This document shows, piece after piece, positions 40,753 through 54,807 of a DNA stretch of 64,000 nucleotides. The position numbers and the translations under genes were made by a program. Where the stretch lies: the NCBI GenBank assembly GCA_951406725.2, contig OX597829.1, positions 27,962,001 to 28,026,000 on the forward strand, given 5' to 3'. Under the pieces are notes generated by a model that was given only the letters and a program-made list of their open reading frames with translations, did not search any database and had not been told where the DNA came from. Source of the DNA: Octopus vulgaris (lineage: Eukaryota). The first letter of the stretch is position 1, and each line of letters begins with the position of its first letter.

Positions 40753-40984
40753 ATTGTAGGTATTCCAACCATGGCCATTCTATCTTTTTCCTGTATGTAG
40801 ATGGTAAAGTGTGTTTTGAGTACAATTTGATTACTATTTCTAACATGTTGAATAACCATATATTGCTGCCCTCGTTATCTTATTTGTCATAGAGTCCTCT
40901 GGTCTTTAGCTAACAGAACATCTGAAGAATTTGCTAAGTTGCCATTCCTCAAAGTTACTGCATCTTTCACCTGTTTCTCCATGT

Positions 40985-41069
<85 letters not shown>

Positions 41070-41286
41070 ACACATAATAAAAATGGTTTCTAACTCACAA
41101 ACACACACAACATCTTGATTCTACCTCATAATTGGAGAAAGATTTGGCTGAAATGTTTTGCAGTTAATATTTTTTATTCTGCAGATCTTTTGAAAATGCA
41201 GAGCAACTGGTTGCCATGTCAACAAGGAATACAAATATCATTCAGTACTTTGTTGAAGTAAACCCATGGGATATGATACCATTCAT

Positions 41287-41356
<70 letters not shown>

Positions 41357-42973
41357 ACCACTCTACCTTATATCATGAGATGCTCTAGCATCTAGTCACC
41401 ATCACTCAACCATCTCTATTACTTTTTATCCCTCTACTCCCATTCACTCCTTATATAATGTGGGGTAACCATATATCTCCTTTCAAAACATGGCATACAA
41501 CCACCCTGCCCCTACTTCTCAATATCCTCTCCCACACTAAGTCACCGGAACTTTTTTTTTCTTCTTCCAGTTCTTTTCTGTCTTGCAAGTAACCTGGCAA
41601 ACTTACTTGTATTGGTGCCATGTAAAAAGCACCCAGCACACACTGTAAAGTGGTTGGTGTTAGGAAGGGCATCCAACCATAGTTCAGTTCAGCACTGTGG
41701 ATCATCAGATCCTGTCAAACTATCAAGGTCCATGCCAACATGGAAAACAGGACATTAAATGATAATGATGAGGCAGAGGAGGGGTAGGACAAGGATGAAA
41801 ATGAGAATGAAGATTATATTCTTGAATACTATAAATAAGAATGGCTGTTCTTGTCTATTTAGAGCTCCAGGTGAGCTCTCTGACTGCAGAAGCCACATCA
41901 TTCTTTAACACTGACATGTCACCAGGAAAATCAAAAGCTGAGCCAACTGACTGAAGACCAAAGAGTAGATGTCAGGCAAACAAAATTTTTCCTTTGGGCA
42001 TCACACACCACAATAATAGGGTCTACTGATATCAGTGAATCATGTGTGTTGTCAACACATTGTCTAAAGGGAGAATGTGTTCTCCAGAGATAAAATACAA
42101 CAGTGAATGGCATATTTATATTCAAGTCAGTTGTAGAGATCTCTTCTATTGAAGGTTGCTTGGTGACTTTACTAGTACTACACAAAAATTACTGGATGCC
42201 ACATAAAAATCACCCCACCCAGTATGCTCTGTAAAGTGGCTGACATTAGGAAGGGAGCTCAGCCATAAAAAAAAAACATATCAAAGCTAACATTGGAGTT
42301 TGGTGCAGTCTTCTGGCTCATCAATTCATATCAAACCATCCAACACATACCTGCAATTGGTGGTTATCATCATTGTTTGCGACCTTGTCATCATCATCAT
42401 CAGCATCATCACCACTATCACCACCATCATCATCCTGTTAACATCTATTTTTCCACCTTTACATAGGTGAAATGGAATTTAATTAGGCAGGTTTTCTATA
42501 GCCAGACACTCTTCCTGTTGCCAACACTCATCAATCAGTAATGTTCCCTATGGCCAGAACATGATTTTCACAGAAGACTGGAAATTAACACGGTTGCTTG
42601 CTTTATGGTGATGATTGTCTGCAACTATCATGCAAAGTTAAAGAAAGAAGACAGCAGGACACACACATATATACCCATACACACACAAATATTCACATCT
42701 ACACATGCATACTCACACACATACACACACATGTGACAAGCTTCTTTCAGTTTCCATCTATCAAATCCACTCACAACACCACGTGATTGGGAAGAAAGCT
42801 TCTTAGCCACACATCCAGGCCAATAATGGTAGACCTAACGGCAGTTAAAGAATTCACAAATTTTATTGTCAAGTATGTGATATACAGGTGAATCCAAAGA
42901 CATAGTCTTCACTGATATGACACCACCACTGCACCATCACCACCACCATGATAAATAACAGTAATATTATATA

Positions 42974-43373
42974 CTAGCAGTATCGCCCGGCGTTGCTCGG
43001 GTTTGTAAGGGAAATAACTATATAAGCATTTTTAGAGAGTTATAGCCAAAAAATAGCAAAAAAAAAATGCATTAAAAATAGAAAAAAAATGATGGTAATT
43101 TTTTTTTAAATTGTTGACTCATCGTAGACATTTTTAGAGAGTTACTTCCCTTATATAATAGCGAAAAAATGCATTAAAATGGAAAAAAATGATGGTAAAT
43201 TATTTTTAAAACCGTAGACTCATCATAGATGCGTGCTAATACCCAGAAGGGCTCGATATGAATCACGACTATAAGATACCCGGTTTTGGTTAAACTGCAC
43301 TGCAAACTGTGGGAGTAGTTAGGAATCTAAATCGTAGGAGATAGACACACAACTTCACTTTTATATATAAAGA
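42974..43373 (-). mobile_element. Complete 400-bp non-autonomous Helitron
   Basis: On the minus strand A|TC...hairpin CCCGAGCAACGCCGGG...CTAG|T, the canonical termini and AT insertion site. Confidence 0.88.
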
Positions 43374-43626
43374 TATATACAGTTACATGGAGATCCTAGA
43401 GAGGAACTAACAGATGTTATTGTTAAGAATATGTTACTGGTACATCCAAACTTTGATGTGAATTTTGATTGCAGGCAGGACATATTATTGTTTGGTTATG
43501 TGGAATAATTCTGATGTAAGCTTCTTTTTGTCATTTCATTTGTTCTGAAGTTAGATATTAATTAGAAGAATACTTGGAACAGCATTCCCTCTAAGATGTG
43601 TGTGTGTGTGTGTGTTTGGGTTTATG

Positions 43627-43657
<31 letters not shown>

Positions 43658-44348
43658 ATGCAGTCACACATAATTTTATAACGAGGAAAGGAAAGATATG
43701 TGCGCACAATGTTTTCAAAATGAAATTGGGTTTTTTTTCCCCAGTGAAGTAATTTGAGCGATGTTTACTCAAGCGGATGAATGTACTTAACTAAGAAAGA
43801 CAAAAATTGCATATAATACAAATTTCGGCATATGCATCCAAAGCAAAATTTAGAGAAAGCATTCTTGTCTGTAGTCATCAGAAATGATGTTGCCTAGATA
43901 TCTGGGAAACTGTGGCTAGGGTGTGTGTGTGTGTGTGATGGAAGTGAATGGGATGAATGGTCTTCAGAGTGGCTTCACTCTTCTGGATGTTAAAGTGACA
44001 AGCCCTCTATTTCATAAGCTTTAAGCAAGAGCTGAAATGATGGTTTATAGGGCTTCTGGGATTTGGGCTGCCAATGCACAACCTTCAGGATATTGTAGTA
44101 CTAGAGTGATCTGATCAGATTTAAACTTGGTGATAGCTTGCAGCCTTCTGATGCGTCAGATGTTAAAAGACTCTAGCCTTCCATCTCCTTTCTCCTGTGT
44201 ACTGTGTAACAATGTGGCCATAGATGAGAAAGATTATAGAAAGTGCAGTAGCAAGGAAGAAGTTCTATTTTCATACTGAAGGTCCCAAATTTACACTTTC
44301 CCCATCAGCAATTCTGGTTATCATTCTATAGACAAAGAAAGCTTTGGA

Positions 44349-44944
44349 TACTCTTTTATTCTTTTACTTGTTTCAGTCATTTGACTGCGGCCATGCTGGA
44401 GCACCGCCTTTAGTCGAACAAATTGACCCCAGGACTTATTCTTTGTAAGCCTAGTACTTATTCTATCAGTCTCTTTTGCTGGGAACGTAAACACACCAGC
44501 ATTGGTTGTCAAGCGATGTTGGTGGGGACAAACACAGACACACAAACATTCCACATAACCAAACATATACACACACGTACACATATATATGAATATATAT
44601 GACGGGCTTTTTTTAGTTTCCATCTACCAAATCCACTCACAAGGCTTTGGTCGGCCTGAGGCTATAGTAGAAGACACTTGCCCAAGGTGTCATGCAGTGG
44701 GACTGAACCTGGGACCATGTGGTCCATAAGCAAGCTACTTACCACACAGCCACTCCTACGCCTATATATATATATATACATATATACGACGGGCTTCTTT
44801 CAGTTTCCGCCTACCAAATCCACTCACAAGGCTTTGGTCGGCCTGAGGCTATAGTAGAAGACACTTGCCCAAGGTGCCACACAGTGGGACTGAACCTGGG
44901 ACCATGCGGTTCGTAAGCAAGCTACTTACCACACAGCCACTCCT
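44349..44944 (-). mobile_element. SINE B with a tandemly duplicated head module
   Basis: A full copy at 44349-44762 plus a second head at 44781-44944. Confidence 0.85.
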
Positions 44945-47366
44945 AACATCTAACAAAACTCCCTAATTATGGTATCAAAATATCTTTGGCAGATCCACAA
45001 ACAAAATGAACTAGTCTTGCTATTTTCTCTTGTTGAAACCATTCTATGACTGGTGTGATGTTCTCAGATGATGTTCTGACCAGTCTTTTAATAATGGCCA
45101 TGGGCATTGTGTTCCTATGGACTGGAATCCATAGGAACCTGTAATGTAGGAGCAGGCTGTTTATAAACAACAGCTTTTCATGCTCTGATTTCCTATTTAA
45201 TTTGTAAATAATGTACACATGGCTGCATGGTTAAGGTGCTTGCTTTGCAATCAAGTCATTCTGGATTCAGTACTGCTGCATGCCTGACTCCTTTATAAGT
45301 GTATTTTAATTTAGTCTGAGGGTTGACCAATATTTGATGTGTGAAATTCAGTGGACAGGACTGTATGCAGAAGTGCACATTGTATATGCATGTGTGTGTA
45401 TATGTGAGTGTGTGTGTATGTGAGTGTGTGTGTGTATTTGTGTTTGTGCATATTTGTATCTGTGTGTGTGTGAATGTATGTTTTTGTGTGTATTAGGGTT
45501 TGTATTTGAAAAATACACACATCAATGAAAAATTGTTGATAATACATACATTGAATAAAAATACCTTGTGGTATTTAATTCCACCTAGGTTGTGCAGGCA
45601 TCCCTTTGTCATTCTCACCATTAGAAATGCAACGAATTGCTAATTGGTTTTTGCTGGACATCAACAATCGTATTGGTATAAAATAAACTTTAAAACAAAA
45701 TAGAATCAAATGAAAAAAAAAAGCTCTGGAAATTATATATGGAAATTATTCATAGTATTTGATCTATTGGAATATTTTAGAACACTAACGTACTGAGAAT
45801 TAATGCAAGCTTTGGCTCTATCAAACAGCAAATTTTTGAGATATGTGATACCACTTTAAATTAGATGATCAATTATTTTTAAAATAAATTAATTCTGAGA
45901 TGACAAGCTCTCGTATTACAATAATTATCTACTAAATTACCAGTGAATTAACTACATGAAAATGCAAGGTTCAGCAGTAAATGGAGAAATGCATTTTTAT
46001 AATGAAACCTCATATATTCTGTTAATTGGTGAAGAGAACAAAAGCAAGGCATGGCAAGGATCTTATAGAGAATGTAACAAAAAGAAAAAAAAAAATAGAA
46101 AGAAAAAGTAAAGCAATATCTGACTAAAGGAAAGCCTGACAAAATAAGATCAATAACCAAAAATGAACTTAAACATACACATACTTTCTCTCTCTCTCCT
46201 CCCTCTCTCACTGTCTTTGTCTCATTGTCTCTCTCTATTACTCTATCTCTGGTTCTCTTGTTCTATCTATCAGTCTACCTGCCCCCTCTCTCTCTTCCTC
46301 TGCCCTCTCTCTTAACACACTCAACACTGAAAAGCAGTTTTGCTTTTAAGGTTTTGTCAGGTGGGAAGGACATCATCTATAACTCTTGCAGGTTTTCTTA
46401 GACTTCTGACTGCTATTCATAGAAATGAATCACGTAACAAATGCTTATGCCCAGCCATCAAACATCATTTTTCGGGTACTACAAAATATGATCCTCAACA
46501 CAAAAAGCATCCTCAAGATATAGGGATAACTCAAACCCAATAAAGCTGCCTTTTCTAATCAAATTCCTATAAATCCTGAAGGAATGTGGCAAGGAACTAA
46601 TTAACTTCTTGCATCAACTGTTGCAAACTTTTCTAAAGCCAAATGAAGGGCTGCCTGTGCAAAATTTTAGCACAAGAAGCAATCTAGAATGAGTTCTTTA
46701 AAGCCCTGACCTACATTGACATAATCAGTTATGTAATGAAACAAGCAGTACTGAAAAACTCCAAGAAGCGACTAGAAAATAAATCAATTCATTTCAAGAA
46801 AATAATTTTGTGTTTGACTACATAACAGCACAGCAGGTTCTTCTACATATACTTTGTTAAGTATAAAGCAATTCAGAGGATAAAGTTATTGACAAATCTG
46901 ATGCTGTGGATTTCATACAAAGATGATGAAGTTGTAGAGAAAATAAATTCCTTTATATGGTGAAAAGACTTATAATGAAGCAAGGGCTAACCTTTTATGC
47001 TAGAATGGAACCAATCAGTTGGGCAAATTATGCTTTTAGAGTTCAGGTAGACTCCTGGGAATAATTCGATATAATCCTTTTCTCTGCTGAACAAGGTCTG
47101 CATCTTCTACTATTGTTAAGGTAAGGTCTACACTACAAAACTACACAGGGTGTTGTTTTAAAGACAGTAGTCTGTGATGTCAGGAAGATTTGGCTGATAT
47201 TTCTAACAGGTTGAACAAATATTTAGAAGCCTTCCTCAGTGGATCGTAGAAGGAAAGTTTGTTGAAGTAAGTGAAGAAGCATATATAAAGGTCTCCTCAT
47301 TGATTAGTGTGAAAAATGAATAGTAAAAATGTTACTTTTTCATTTGTGTTTCTGGTGTTTTTGGTG

Positions 47367-47690
47367 ACGGTGTGTGGCTTAGTGGTTAGGGTATTCAGTT
47401 CATGATCATAAGGTCATGAGTTCGATTTCTAGCAATGCATTGTGTCCTTGAGCAAGACACTTTATTTCATGTTGCTCCAATCCACTCATCTGACAAAAAT
47501 AAGTTGTACTTGTATTTCAAAGGGGCAGCCATATCACATTCTGTCTCATGCTGAATCTCCCTAAGAACTACATTAAGGGCATGCATATCAGTGGAGAGCT
47601 CAGCCACTTGCGTTTTAATTTTACAAGCAGGCCATTCCATTGATTCGAATCAACTGGAGTACTTGTTGTAACTGACAGAGTGAGACTTAA
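47367..47690 (+). mobile_element. tRNA-derived SINE (head A-like, tail 2)
   Basis: TGGCTTAGTGG and GTTCGATT boxes and a TTGAGCAAGACACTTTATTTC core. The tail is shared with 61075-61497. Confidence 0.75.
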
Positions 47691-47748
47691 TAGCATTGAA
47701 AAATGTCCAGACTATTTTAAGTTTACAATGGATATATCACAAGTCTAT

Positions 47749-48154
47749 ACTCTTTACTCTTTTACTTGTTTCAGTCATTTGACTGCGGCCATGCTGGAGC
47801 ACCGCCTTTAGTCGAGCAAATCGACCCCGGGACTTATTCTTTGTAAGCCCAGTACTTATTCTATCGGTCTCTTTTGCCGAACCGCTAAGTGACGGGGACG
47901 TAAACACACCAGCATTGGTTGTCAAGCAATGCTAGGGGGACAAACACAGACACACAAACACACACACACACACACATATATATATACATATATACGACAG
48001 GCTTTTTTCAGTTTCTGTCTACCAAATCCACTCACAAGGCATTGGTCGGCCCGGGGCTATAGCAGAAGACACTTGCCCAAGATGCCACACAGTGGGACTG
48101 AACCCGGAACGATGTGGTTGGTAAGCAAGCTACTTACCACACAGCCACTCCTGC
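47749..48154 (-). mobile_element. SINE B, well preserved
   Basis: tRNA-like head, CA/TA spacer, LINE-like 3' hairpin and (AAGAGTA)n tail. Confidence 0.88.
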
Positions 48155-48369
48155 ATAATTCAAATGAAAATAATTATATATAATAATTTTGGATGTAATT
48201 ACTTAATTGTGCTTGATCAGCTGCAATTTTATTTAATTAGATTTTAAGTCATATGTACATAAATACAATAGTATAAATTTACAAAAAGGCACACTTTAGT
48301 AATTACAGGTATTTGTTTGGTGACATGTTAAGTATAAGTACATTGTCCTCCACAATTTCTCAACGCTTT

Positions 48370-48791
48370 CTCCTTTTATTGGTTTCAGTCTTTGGACTGT
48401 GACTATGTCTCAGCACTGCTTTGAAGGGTATAGTCAAGCAAATCACACCTGGCACTTATTTATAAGTATGATACTTATTCTATCAGGCTCCTTTTACTGA
48501 ACTCCTAAGTTACAGAGATGTAAACAAACAAACACCATTACTTACATTATTTACATTATTTGCATTCGACGGATATTTGTCCTTATCTTGTTTGTTGTCA
48601 ACACAATGTTTCGGCTGATATACCCTCCAGCCTTTTTCAGGTGTTTGGGGAAATTTCGAACCTGGGTTCTCATTCCTAAGGTATTCTTCGAATGCAAATA
48701 ATGTAAATAATGTACATAATTCCTCATCTCTTAAATATAAAACCAACACCAGTTGTCAAACAATGGTGAGAGACAAACATAAGCACACACA

Positions 48792-48872
<81 letters not shown>

Positions 48873-49016
48873 AGGCTTCTTTTCAGTTTCCATCAACCAA
48901 ATCCACCTGCAAAGCTTTAGTCAATCTGGAGTTATAGTGGAAGGCACTTGTCCAAAATGTCACTCAGTAGGACAGTGTCCATAACCACATGGTTTGGAAG
49001 CAAGCTTCTTACCACA
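48370..49016 (-). mobile_element. Diverged SINE B interrupted by a 200-bp insertion
   Basis: The SINE sequence resumes after 48740; AACACCA is repeated at both junctions. Confidence 0.7.
48538..48740 (-). mobile_element. Short Penelope-like insertion with a 27-bp inverted repeat and a decayed hammerhead
   Basis: Perfect IR at 48543-48569/48688-48714. The minus strand reads AACAC-CTGAAAA-A-GGCTG..CAGCC-GAAA-CAT-T-GTGTT at 48600-48645. Confidence 0.65.
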
Positions 49017-49029
49017 CGGTCAATTAACT

Positions 49030-49400
49030 ACAGAATATAGCTAAGACAAACTCCTATTTTTAGACACACTCATAAAGAGAGTCAATAACCATGTTATTGA
49101 CCAGCACAACAGTATCCAATGCAAACATTCATGCCATAAAATTTCAAGAACTGAAGGATACACTCCTTGACAAGAATTACCTGCTATCCATAATTGATAA
49201 TGGAATACAACAAGCTAAGAAATTTCCAGTATTCAGGAACTAAGACAAACAAAACAAAGAAATATATCAGAATTGAAAATCCTACAATAAATTTATCTTA
49301 TAAACAAAGAGGCTTACGACATCATATTCCAAAACATGCCAAAAAAAATAAATAAAGGACAGACATACTTTATACTTGGACTAAACAGAATAAGAGGAGA
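49030..49400 (+). pseudogene. Possible decayed Penelope RT/thumb fragment
   Basis: KLLFLD.. and ELKDTLLDKNY..IIDNGIQQA resemble the PLE RT C-terminal region. Confidence 0.35.
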
Positions 49401-49644
49401 CATGTAGGATGGAGGGTTGCTAAAGAGGCCACAGGACATGTGACAAAAGATTTTCCAGACAAAGGACAACAAAAGAAGAAAAATAATAAATCTGAAGTTA
49501 AGAACGAATATATTGTATGTGTTTATTTGGCAAAAACCAAAAGAAAAAAAGACGAAAGATCATCCTGAAATATAACAATATCTGTTTCAACACATGATTT
49601 CACATCAAGAATCTTGCAAAACAAATACATAAATGTAATATATA

Positions 49645-49860
49645 TTCTTTTCTACTCTAGACACAGGGCACAAAATTTTGGGGGAGGGGGCCAGTTGATT
49701 AGATCGATCCCAGTACACAACTGGTACTTAATTTATCAACTCTGAAAGGATGAAAGGCAAAGCTGACCTTGGCAGAATTTGAACTCAGAATGTAAAGACA
49801 GACAAAATACCGATAAGCATTTTCCCCAGCGTGCTAACGCTTCTGTCAGCTCACTGCCTT
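49645..49860 (-). mobile_element. SINE C
   Basis: Reverse-complement similarity to 52651-52885. Confidence 0.75.
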
Positions 49861-49954
49861 GCTTTTTCCTTATCATATTGTATGACTAAAATGTTTTACA
49901 CAATTGAAACCAGTAGCATTTTTGAAAAAAATGTAACTGTTTTCTCCTTTTTAT

Positions 49955-50361
49955 TCATTCTTTTATTCTTTTATTCGTTTCAGTCATTTTGACTGTGGCC
50001 ATGCTGGAACACTGCCTTTAATCAAGCAAATCGACCCAGAACTTATTCTTTGCAAACCTAGTACATATTCTATCAGTCTCTTATGCCGAACTGCTAAGTT
50101 ATGGGGACGTAAACATACCAGCGTTGAGTCAAGCGATGTTGGGGGACACACACACAAACAATTACACATACATACATACACATATACATATATTTACGGT
50201 GGGTTTCTTTTCAGTTTCCATCCACCAAAACCACTCACAAGGCTTTGGTTGGCCCAAGGCTATAGTAGAAGACACTTGCCCAAGGTGCCATGCAGTAGGA
50301 CTGAATCTGGAACCATGTGGTTGGTTAGCAAGCTACTTACCACACAGCCACTCCTGCGCCT
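49955..50361 (-). mobile_element. SINE B
   Basis: Colinear with 47749-48154. Confidence 0.85.
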
Positions 50362-51129
50362 ATAAATCTCTCTCTCTCTCTCTCTCTCTTTTATGCTCTT
50401 CTAACTATTTCCCTCTTTTGCTCATGATAAAGTTCTCAAAGCATTTGTCCTTTTTTTTATATTTTGGTAACTTATTTGATTTATGTGTCTAAATACAGCA
50501 AGAGAGCCAAGCAGTCTGAAGCCACTGCTCTACACACACACACACACATGCATGCTTATATATAAAAACAAAAGTAGCCAGTAAAATCCATGGTGGTAGA
50601 GTCCACCAGGGTCCGAAGATCCAATGGTAATCCAGGTGGAATGATGGTTAAGTGGATGAGGAGAGGTACTAAAAGTTCGTGAAGAAGAAAGGTGAGTCCA
50701 AGAGAGGGTCGAGGAGCATAGGCTTGAAATGTGAAAGACTTCTCCATTCTTTCCAAGCATCAAACCATTACACCTGCATGTTGTTCCCTCACCTGTCTTC
50801 GTCTTTTGCTTTCTGTAAATTTGAAACACACACACACACATGTATGTATGTATGTATGTATGTATGTATGTATGTATGTATGTATGTATGTATGTATGTA
50901 TGTATGTACGCGCTGTGTGTGTACTGTATATGTCACTGGGAGAAGTCTTTCAGAGTTATGTCCCTTGGTGAGGCTTAGGCTAAGTCCTGTAGCAAAGTTG
51001 TACTGCAATGTTAGGTTATGAAATATATCATTGTATTACGAATAGATACACATATATGAGAGGTAAGACAGGAGGAGAGAGTGAAGTAATGGCAGAAAGA
51101 GAGCAAAAGAGGGAAATAGTTAGAAGAGG

Positions 51130-51180
<51 letters not shown>

Positions 51181-52650
51181 ATTGGGGTATGGGTACTATG
51201 AGAAAGAGAAAAGAATGGAAAGTCCAGGCATGTAAAACTAACAAAGAAAATGTTAGTCTCTACTGCAAGGTAGAACGTGACCAATTCCTAAGAGGGCAGG
51301 TGAAAAAAACAAATGCATTGGAATTCAGGAAGATCTCCGAATGAAGGAAATTCTTCTGGATCATCTGTTTCTCTACTAAGTAGATCCTGCATATTCTGTT
51401 GCTCTTAAAATACTACCAGCATTTTTCAATAAACCCAAACCCCCAGTTGATCTCTCACATTTCCACTTTTCCCCTTCAACATCCAGTATACCTAATTAGC
51501 ACTGGGATATTTTGGCATTCTTGGATCTTAAAGAAAGACTTGTGATTGTTCAATTGAATCTTGAAGGGCTCCTCCGTTGCTCTGGTATATCTCTGCATTT
51601 ATGTCACCCCAACCCTCTGCAATGCTTGGATACGACCTCTGTTTTATACACAATAGATTCTGTGTTACATCGGCTATTAAGTGTGCACATGTTGTAACCG
51701 CTAAACGAGCAGCCAGCCTCAGTGCTCAGGTTGGGAGTATTAGCTAAGATCTGTTTGCTGCTAAAAGTAATCTTCATAATTTATCTATTGAATAGTTTTC
51801 TCATAGTACCGCCTACAAATCTCCTGCTGTCTTTCTTTCTCTCTCTCTCTCTCTGTGTTTATTTCTATCTAACTATCTCCCTCCCATGCTCTCTTTCACT
51901 TACTATCTCTTTCCCCCCTTTGCTCCCTTTCATAAATGTGAGTGTATACGTAATACACCTACATACTATACATTGCAATAAAACTTTTCCACATCATTTT
52001 GCTAGATAGCTTATCAAGCCAAACCAAGGGACATAACTCTGAAAGCTTTCGCCCAATTGTATTTTCGAAATAACCAAAGCTTCCCTCAGTTTTCTTTCCT
52101 GCCATGCGTTCTTTTTCCTTTTTTCCTTTTTGATACTCTTGTTTTTTGCTTAGCCAAAATGTGATCCTTAATTTACAGTATTATAGTCCTATGCCAGTAT
52201 GGAGGACAGACGTTAAGTTATGATGATGATATTCAAAGCAAATTATAGATACATTACTTATATGTATGCATATACGGACACACATGATATATATGTCTAC
52301 ATGCATGTATACATATATGTGTGATTTGTGTATATGTATATATGCATAAATACACAAACATGTACACATTTCGGAGTCATCAGTTGTATACACCAATTGG
52401 GAAGGAATTATAGATGTAAAAAAATCCATAATATTATCATTGTTACATTGTTTAACCCAGATCATCTCAGGAGAACTGTGATCAAAATCGTTCCAACTGT
52501 GGTCATCTCACTTTCTTGCTCGTTTTGTTTTCCAGACAGCATTATCCAAATGTGGCATTCCCTTTGGGGATGGCATGGTTTGAACTAAAAGCGACTTGGC
52601 TGATATTTCCAGCAGTTTTGAGCAACCACTTAATGGTTCCTTCATTGGAC

Positions 52651-52885
52651 GGCGGCGAGCTGGCAGAAACGTTAGCACGCCAGGCCAAATGCTTAGCGGT
52701 ATTTCGTCTGCGTTACGTTGTGAGTTCAAATTCCGCCGAGGTCGACTTTGCCTTTCATCCATTCGGGGTCGATAAATTAAGTACCAGTTACACACTGGGG
52801 TCGATGTAATCGACTTAATACCTATGTCTGTCCTTGTTTGTCCCCTCTGTGTTTAGCCCCTTGTGGGTAATAAAGAAATAGGTTC
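52651..52885 (+). mobile_element. tRNA-related SINE C
   Basis: GGCGGCGAGCTGGCAGAA..GAGTTCAAATTCC head and central GCCTTTCATCC..GGTCGATAAA..AGTACCAG block; three copies in the window. Confidence 0.8.
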
Positions 52886-52906
52886 CTTCATTGGATTATA
52901 TACTTG

Positions 52907-52937
<31 letters not shown>

Positions 52938-52950
52938 CGCGTGTGCGTGC

Positions 52951-52994
<44 letters not shown>

Positions 52995-53372
52995 AGATAA
53001 GTGCATATGGGAAGTGTGTGTTTCATCTGTGTGCTGTCTGTATATGGATATGAATTTTGTGATCACTGTCAAGACAAGCATCTGTAATATATCATTGTCA
53101 GCATCATCAACACCAACACCAACACCAATACCAGCAACATCAGCAACAGCAGTATTATTTCTGTCCTTATCATTAGTATAATTACCATTAACAATATTAA
53201 CAGATAACGAAATTAATACACTTTGTAGAAAGTTGAAATAAAAGGCATTACCATAATTAGTTGTGTGTGTGTGTGGTTGTGGTTGTGTGTGTACATGCAT
53301 ATTATGTGTATGAATGGACATCATCATCATCATCGTCGTCGTTGTCATTATTATCCTCATTGTTGTCGTCAC

Positions 53373-53425
<53 letters not shown>

Positions 53426-53439
53426 ACATTATCATTGTT

Positions 53440-53779
53440 GGAGCGACCTGCTGTGCTTGAGGAGACCAATTGAGTCAAGTACATCAACAGCAAAATAAAA
53501 ATCAAATGGAATTGTAGTTGCAATACCCGCGCTGGTGGCATGTAAAAAGCACCAACCGATCATGGCCATTGTCAGCCTCCTCTGGTCCCTGTGCTGGTGG
53601 CACGTAAAAAGCACCCACTACACTCACGGACTGGTTGGTGTTAGAAAGGGAATCCAGCTGTAGAAACACTGCGAGATCAGAATGAAGCCTGGTGCAGCCT
53701 CCTGGCTTCCCAGACCCTGGTCAAACCACCCAACCCATGTTAGCATGGAAAACGGACGTTAAACGATGACGATGATGAC
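53440..53779 (+). mobile_element. RTE-type LINE 3' UTR
   Basis: Ends GCATGGAAAACGGACGTTAAACGATGACGATGATGA and matches the reverse complement of 25998-26450. Confidence 0.8.
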
Positions 53780-54168
53780 ATTTCCCCATGTGTGCATTGG
53801 TTGGCTGAATCTTCTCCAACACAACTTGTCAGCGTACACTTTTATGTGATTCAACACCCAGAGATCAATGTCCACTCTTCATTTCTTCTTCCTTCACATG
53901 TCTTCCTATTTCTCTTCTACTGGTTTCTTCCAAGATGTATTGCTTTGAACTTCATAACACAACTGTCATAATATGACAAGACTAGCTCGCTTTTCTTGCT
54001 TGCTCACTGTATCTCATTTTCCCTCAGCCCATTTAATTCATACACATCTAAGACACTTGCCCAAAATCACAATGTGTAGTATCTTGGGCAAATGTCCTCT
54101 ACTATAACTCCAGGCTTTCTAAAGCCATATGAATACATTTGGTAGCTGGAAACTGAAAGAAGCCAATC

Positions 54169-54209
<41 letters not shown>

Positions 54210-54549
54210 AGAGCTATAACAGAAGTGGTGTGTCGTAAAAAAAACCACCCATTTCACTTTTGGAGTGGTGGCATTAGTAAGGGCATCCAGACATGGATAC
54301 CATACAAATTAGATTGGAGCCTGGTGTGTGTATGTGTGTGTGTGTGTATATATAATCAAAATAAGAAACAAGGATATCCAGAGGTATTCTTGTTGCTTAT
54401 TTTGATTTTAATCACCTTACTTTGAAACTGTATGGATAATACCGTACTAAATTCTGGTGCCTCAACTTAAGTACCATATTCATCTGAATCTAAATTTTTG
54501 CTGAACTCATCTACCATACCCAAAGTATAAATACATATACATATATATA

Positions 54550-54606
<57 letters not shown>

Positions 54607-54608
<2 letters not shown>

Positions 54609-54761
54609 CAGGTGTGGCTATGTGTTAAGAAGCTTGCTTCCCAACCATATGGTTCTGGGTTCAATCCCACTGCACGGCACCTTGGACAAGTGTCTTTTAC
54701 TATAGCCTCAGGCTGACCAAAGCCTTGTGAATGGATTTGGTAGATGAAAACTGAATGAAGC

Positions 54762-54807
<46 letters not shown>

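Noticed and set aside
40425-42002. ~90-bp direct repeat at 40425 and 41912
   Set aside because: Probably two fragments of an old mariner-derived repeat; no TSD or LTR features.
44967-45218. 83-aa minus-strand ORF with an 11-bp hairpin at 45111-45138
   Set aside because: No recognisable homology, and a single short hairpin is expected by chance.
46320-47000. Possible host exon or Penelope RT
   Set aside because: Many stop codons and only faint RT-like resemblance; cannot be supported by eye.
53319-53425. Poly-His/Asp/Met/Ser ORFs
   Set aside because: (CAT)n trinucleotide repeat adjacent to an RTE fragment.
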